The notes under the pieces were generated by a model. It was not told the DNA's origin, made no database searches, and worked only from the letters and a program-made list of their open reading frames with translations. From Amoeboaphelidium protococcarum X5 (Eukaryota > Fungi > Aphelidiomycota), in contig JALDTO010000266.1 of the NCBI GenBank assembly GCA_023515725.1, positions 929,042-993,041 of the forward strand: 64,000 bases of DNA, written 5' to 3'. Numbering within the stretch: the stretch's first letter is position 1; every line of letters begins with the position of its first letter. This document shows positions 62,490 to 64,000 of this stretch, one piece after another. A program made the translations under genes and the position numbers.

Positions 62490-64000
62490 ATGGTGAATTC
62501 AAACTTGGATTAAAAACTGGAGAATTTCTTTAACAACCAACCTTTTCAAGATACCAAAAGTAAGATTGAAAAGGTTAATGTGAAGAAATTAAACTACTTA
62601 CTCAGTAATAAAGATATTGATTAAAAGCACTTGGAACAGTTGAAAAAGTATCAACAAAAAGTTAAAAACTCCAAGAAAAGTGTGAGTTATTGTTACGCTA
62701 AGGATAGAACAAAAAGTGGTTTTGAGAGACTTTACGCGAGAGACGGTCAAAGTCTTCAAATGATGGAGAAAGAAATTAGAGGTTTTTTAGCTGATGACAA
62801 TTACTATGACGTTGATATCTCTAATAGTCACCCGATGATGGTTTACAATCTGTGTAAGTCTCTAAGTATAAATAGCCCTTTGATACAAGATTATATTGAA
62901 ACTAGAAGCGATTGGATATAAATGGTACAAGATGATAATTAACATTTGGAACCGTATTAGTGTAAAGCTGCTATACTTGGTGTTCTAAACGGTATGAGTC
63001 TGAAGGGAAATGAGGAGATTGAGGGAGATTTTAGTTGTTTGAAAGACTTTAAAAGTGAGGTTGACAATATTAGAAATTCCATTGTAAACTTCCAACAATT
63101 CAAATTCATTACTAGAAAATATAAAGAAGAATCAAACTTGACCAAGTTTTCAAGCGTAGTAAATCACTATGAAAGAAAATTGTTGATGAAATTACAAGAA
63201 GAGTTTACAGCCTTACATTACAATGTAGACGTCTTGATTCATGACGGATTTTTAGTGGACAAACACAAGAAAACGGAAGAGTAGTTGTAAGCTGACATTT
63301 AGAGTGTAGTTCAGAAAATTAGTGAAATATACGACTTGAAATATCTTGAACTCAAAATAAAGCCTTTTGAACACAGTTTCAGGGACTACAATGAAGAAGA
63401 GTAGAACGAAGAGAAAGAGTATAACTTTTTCAAAATGGCAGACAAATTCATAGAACTTTATGGCGATAGATTTTGTATTAGTGGAGGTATCTTATTCTAC
63501 AAGAACGATGACGCCTTTTGGATTGAAGACTCAGAATAAGGTTATCTCAATTCTTTTTTGACAAAATCCAAATTTTACAAAGAAGTGAATGAAGATTCTT
63601 AGGTGTTTGAACATTTAGTAAATTGTGATAAATTTTACCAACAACTTAGAAACAAGATGATTATAAAGTAAAAGGATAGAGTGTTTCAACCAAATCAACA
63701 GCTTTTAAAAGATAACGAAATCAATACTTTTCCAGGATTTACACATCCTACTAATTTACAAGTAAATTCAAGTGAGATTCAAGAATTCATTGACCTTGTA
63801 ATGAACTAAGCTCAAGGTGATTAAGAAAGATTTGAGTTTTTAATGAAATGGTACGCCAACGTATGTAAAGGTAATAAAAATGAGACTTGTATCATACTGT
63901 TTTCCGATACTCAAGGAACTGGTAAATCTTGTGTGAGTCAATATATTGGAGAAAAACTTCTACCTCAATTCTTTTACTAGACAAGTAATATGGAATCTGT
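62490..64000 (+). CDS. TVpol (PolA-family primase-polymerase) fused to SF3/D5-like helicase; partial at window end
   Basis: RLYA..SLQMMEKEIRGFLA..YYDVDISNSHP (motif A), CKAAIL..LNG (B), VLIHDGF (C); INTFPGF..FLMKWYA..ILFSDTQGTGKS (Walker A). Confidence 0.85.

Larger units (their letters stand above)
55675..64000. mobile_element. Endogenous Polinton-like virus/virophage-like element (left end disrupted; continues beyond the window)
   Basis: Abrupt shift to AT-rich, intronless, tightly packed genes: penton-like protein, tyrosine recombinase, C5-MTase, chitinase, HNH-AP2, TVpol-SF3 helicase. Confidence 0.85.

Noticed and set aside
55675-64000. Giant virus (NCLDV) insertion or classic Maverick
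   Set aside because: No NCLDV core genes, pPolB or RVE integrase in the window. TVpol-S3H plus a tyrosine recombinase favours a PLV/virophage, though the flank is unseen.

Overview
This is a compact eukaryotic genome segment with short GT-AG introns and a fungal/opisthokont gene set. It uses a reassigned nuclear code: TAA/TAG = Gln, and TGA is the only stop. The supplied standard-code ORF track is therefore fragmented, and I re-read the genes in the TAR=Gln code. The best match by inference is an aphelid such as Amoeboaphelidium protococcarum. Bases 1-45.2 kb are a dense block of host genes: AASS, a mucin-stalk receptor-like kinase, a 2H phosphoesterase, a secreted-protein paralog pair, an ART-like protein, HutI, Dicer, RPT1, ISOC, SEC11, PHF5A, DNAJC11, ArfGAP-PH, HemK, RPL31, AK6, RPP21, UPF0658, Mid1-like, CTL, COQ9, SMG5/7-like, TPS1, GSS, CPT/EPT, CK2-alpha and a PA-RING ligase. 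Bases 45.4-55.7 kb are a mobile-element island: a chromoviral Ty3/gypsy remnant with one LTR, a subtilisin pseudogene, a decayed KDZ transposase running into a Fanzor (TnpB-like) nuclease fragment, an intact AAA-ATPase/PD-(D/E)XK gene and an intact Crypton tyrosine recombinase. From about 55.7 kb to the window end lies an AT-rich, intronless, endogenous Polinton-like/virophage-like virus. It carries a penton-like minor capsid protein, a tyrosine recombinase, a C5 DNA methyltransferase, a GH18 chitinase with a chitin-binding module, an HNH-AP2 endonuclease and a TVpol-SF3 helicase. Its genes are intact only in the host's TAR=Gln code. All family calls come from manual translation and motif recognition; no searches were run.
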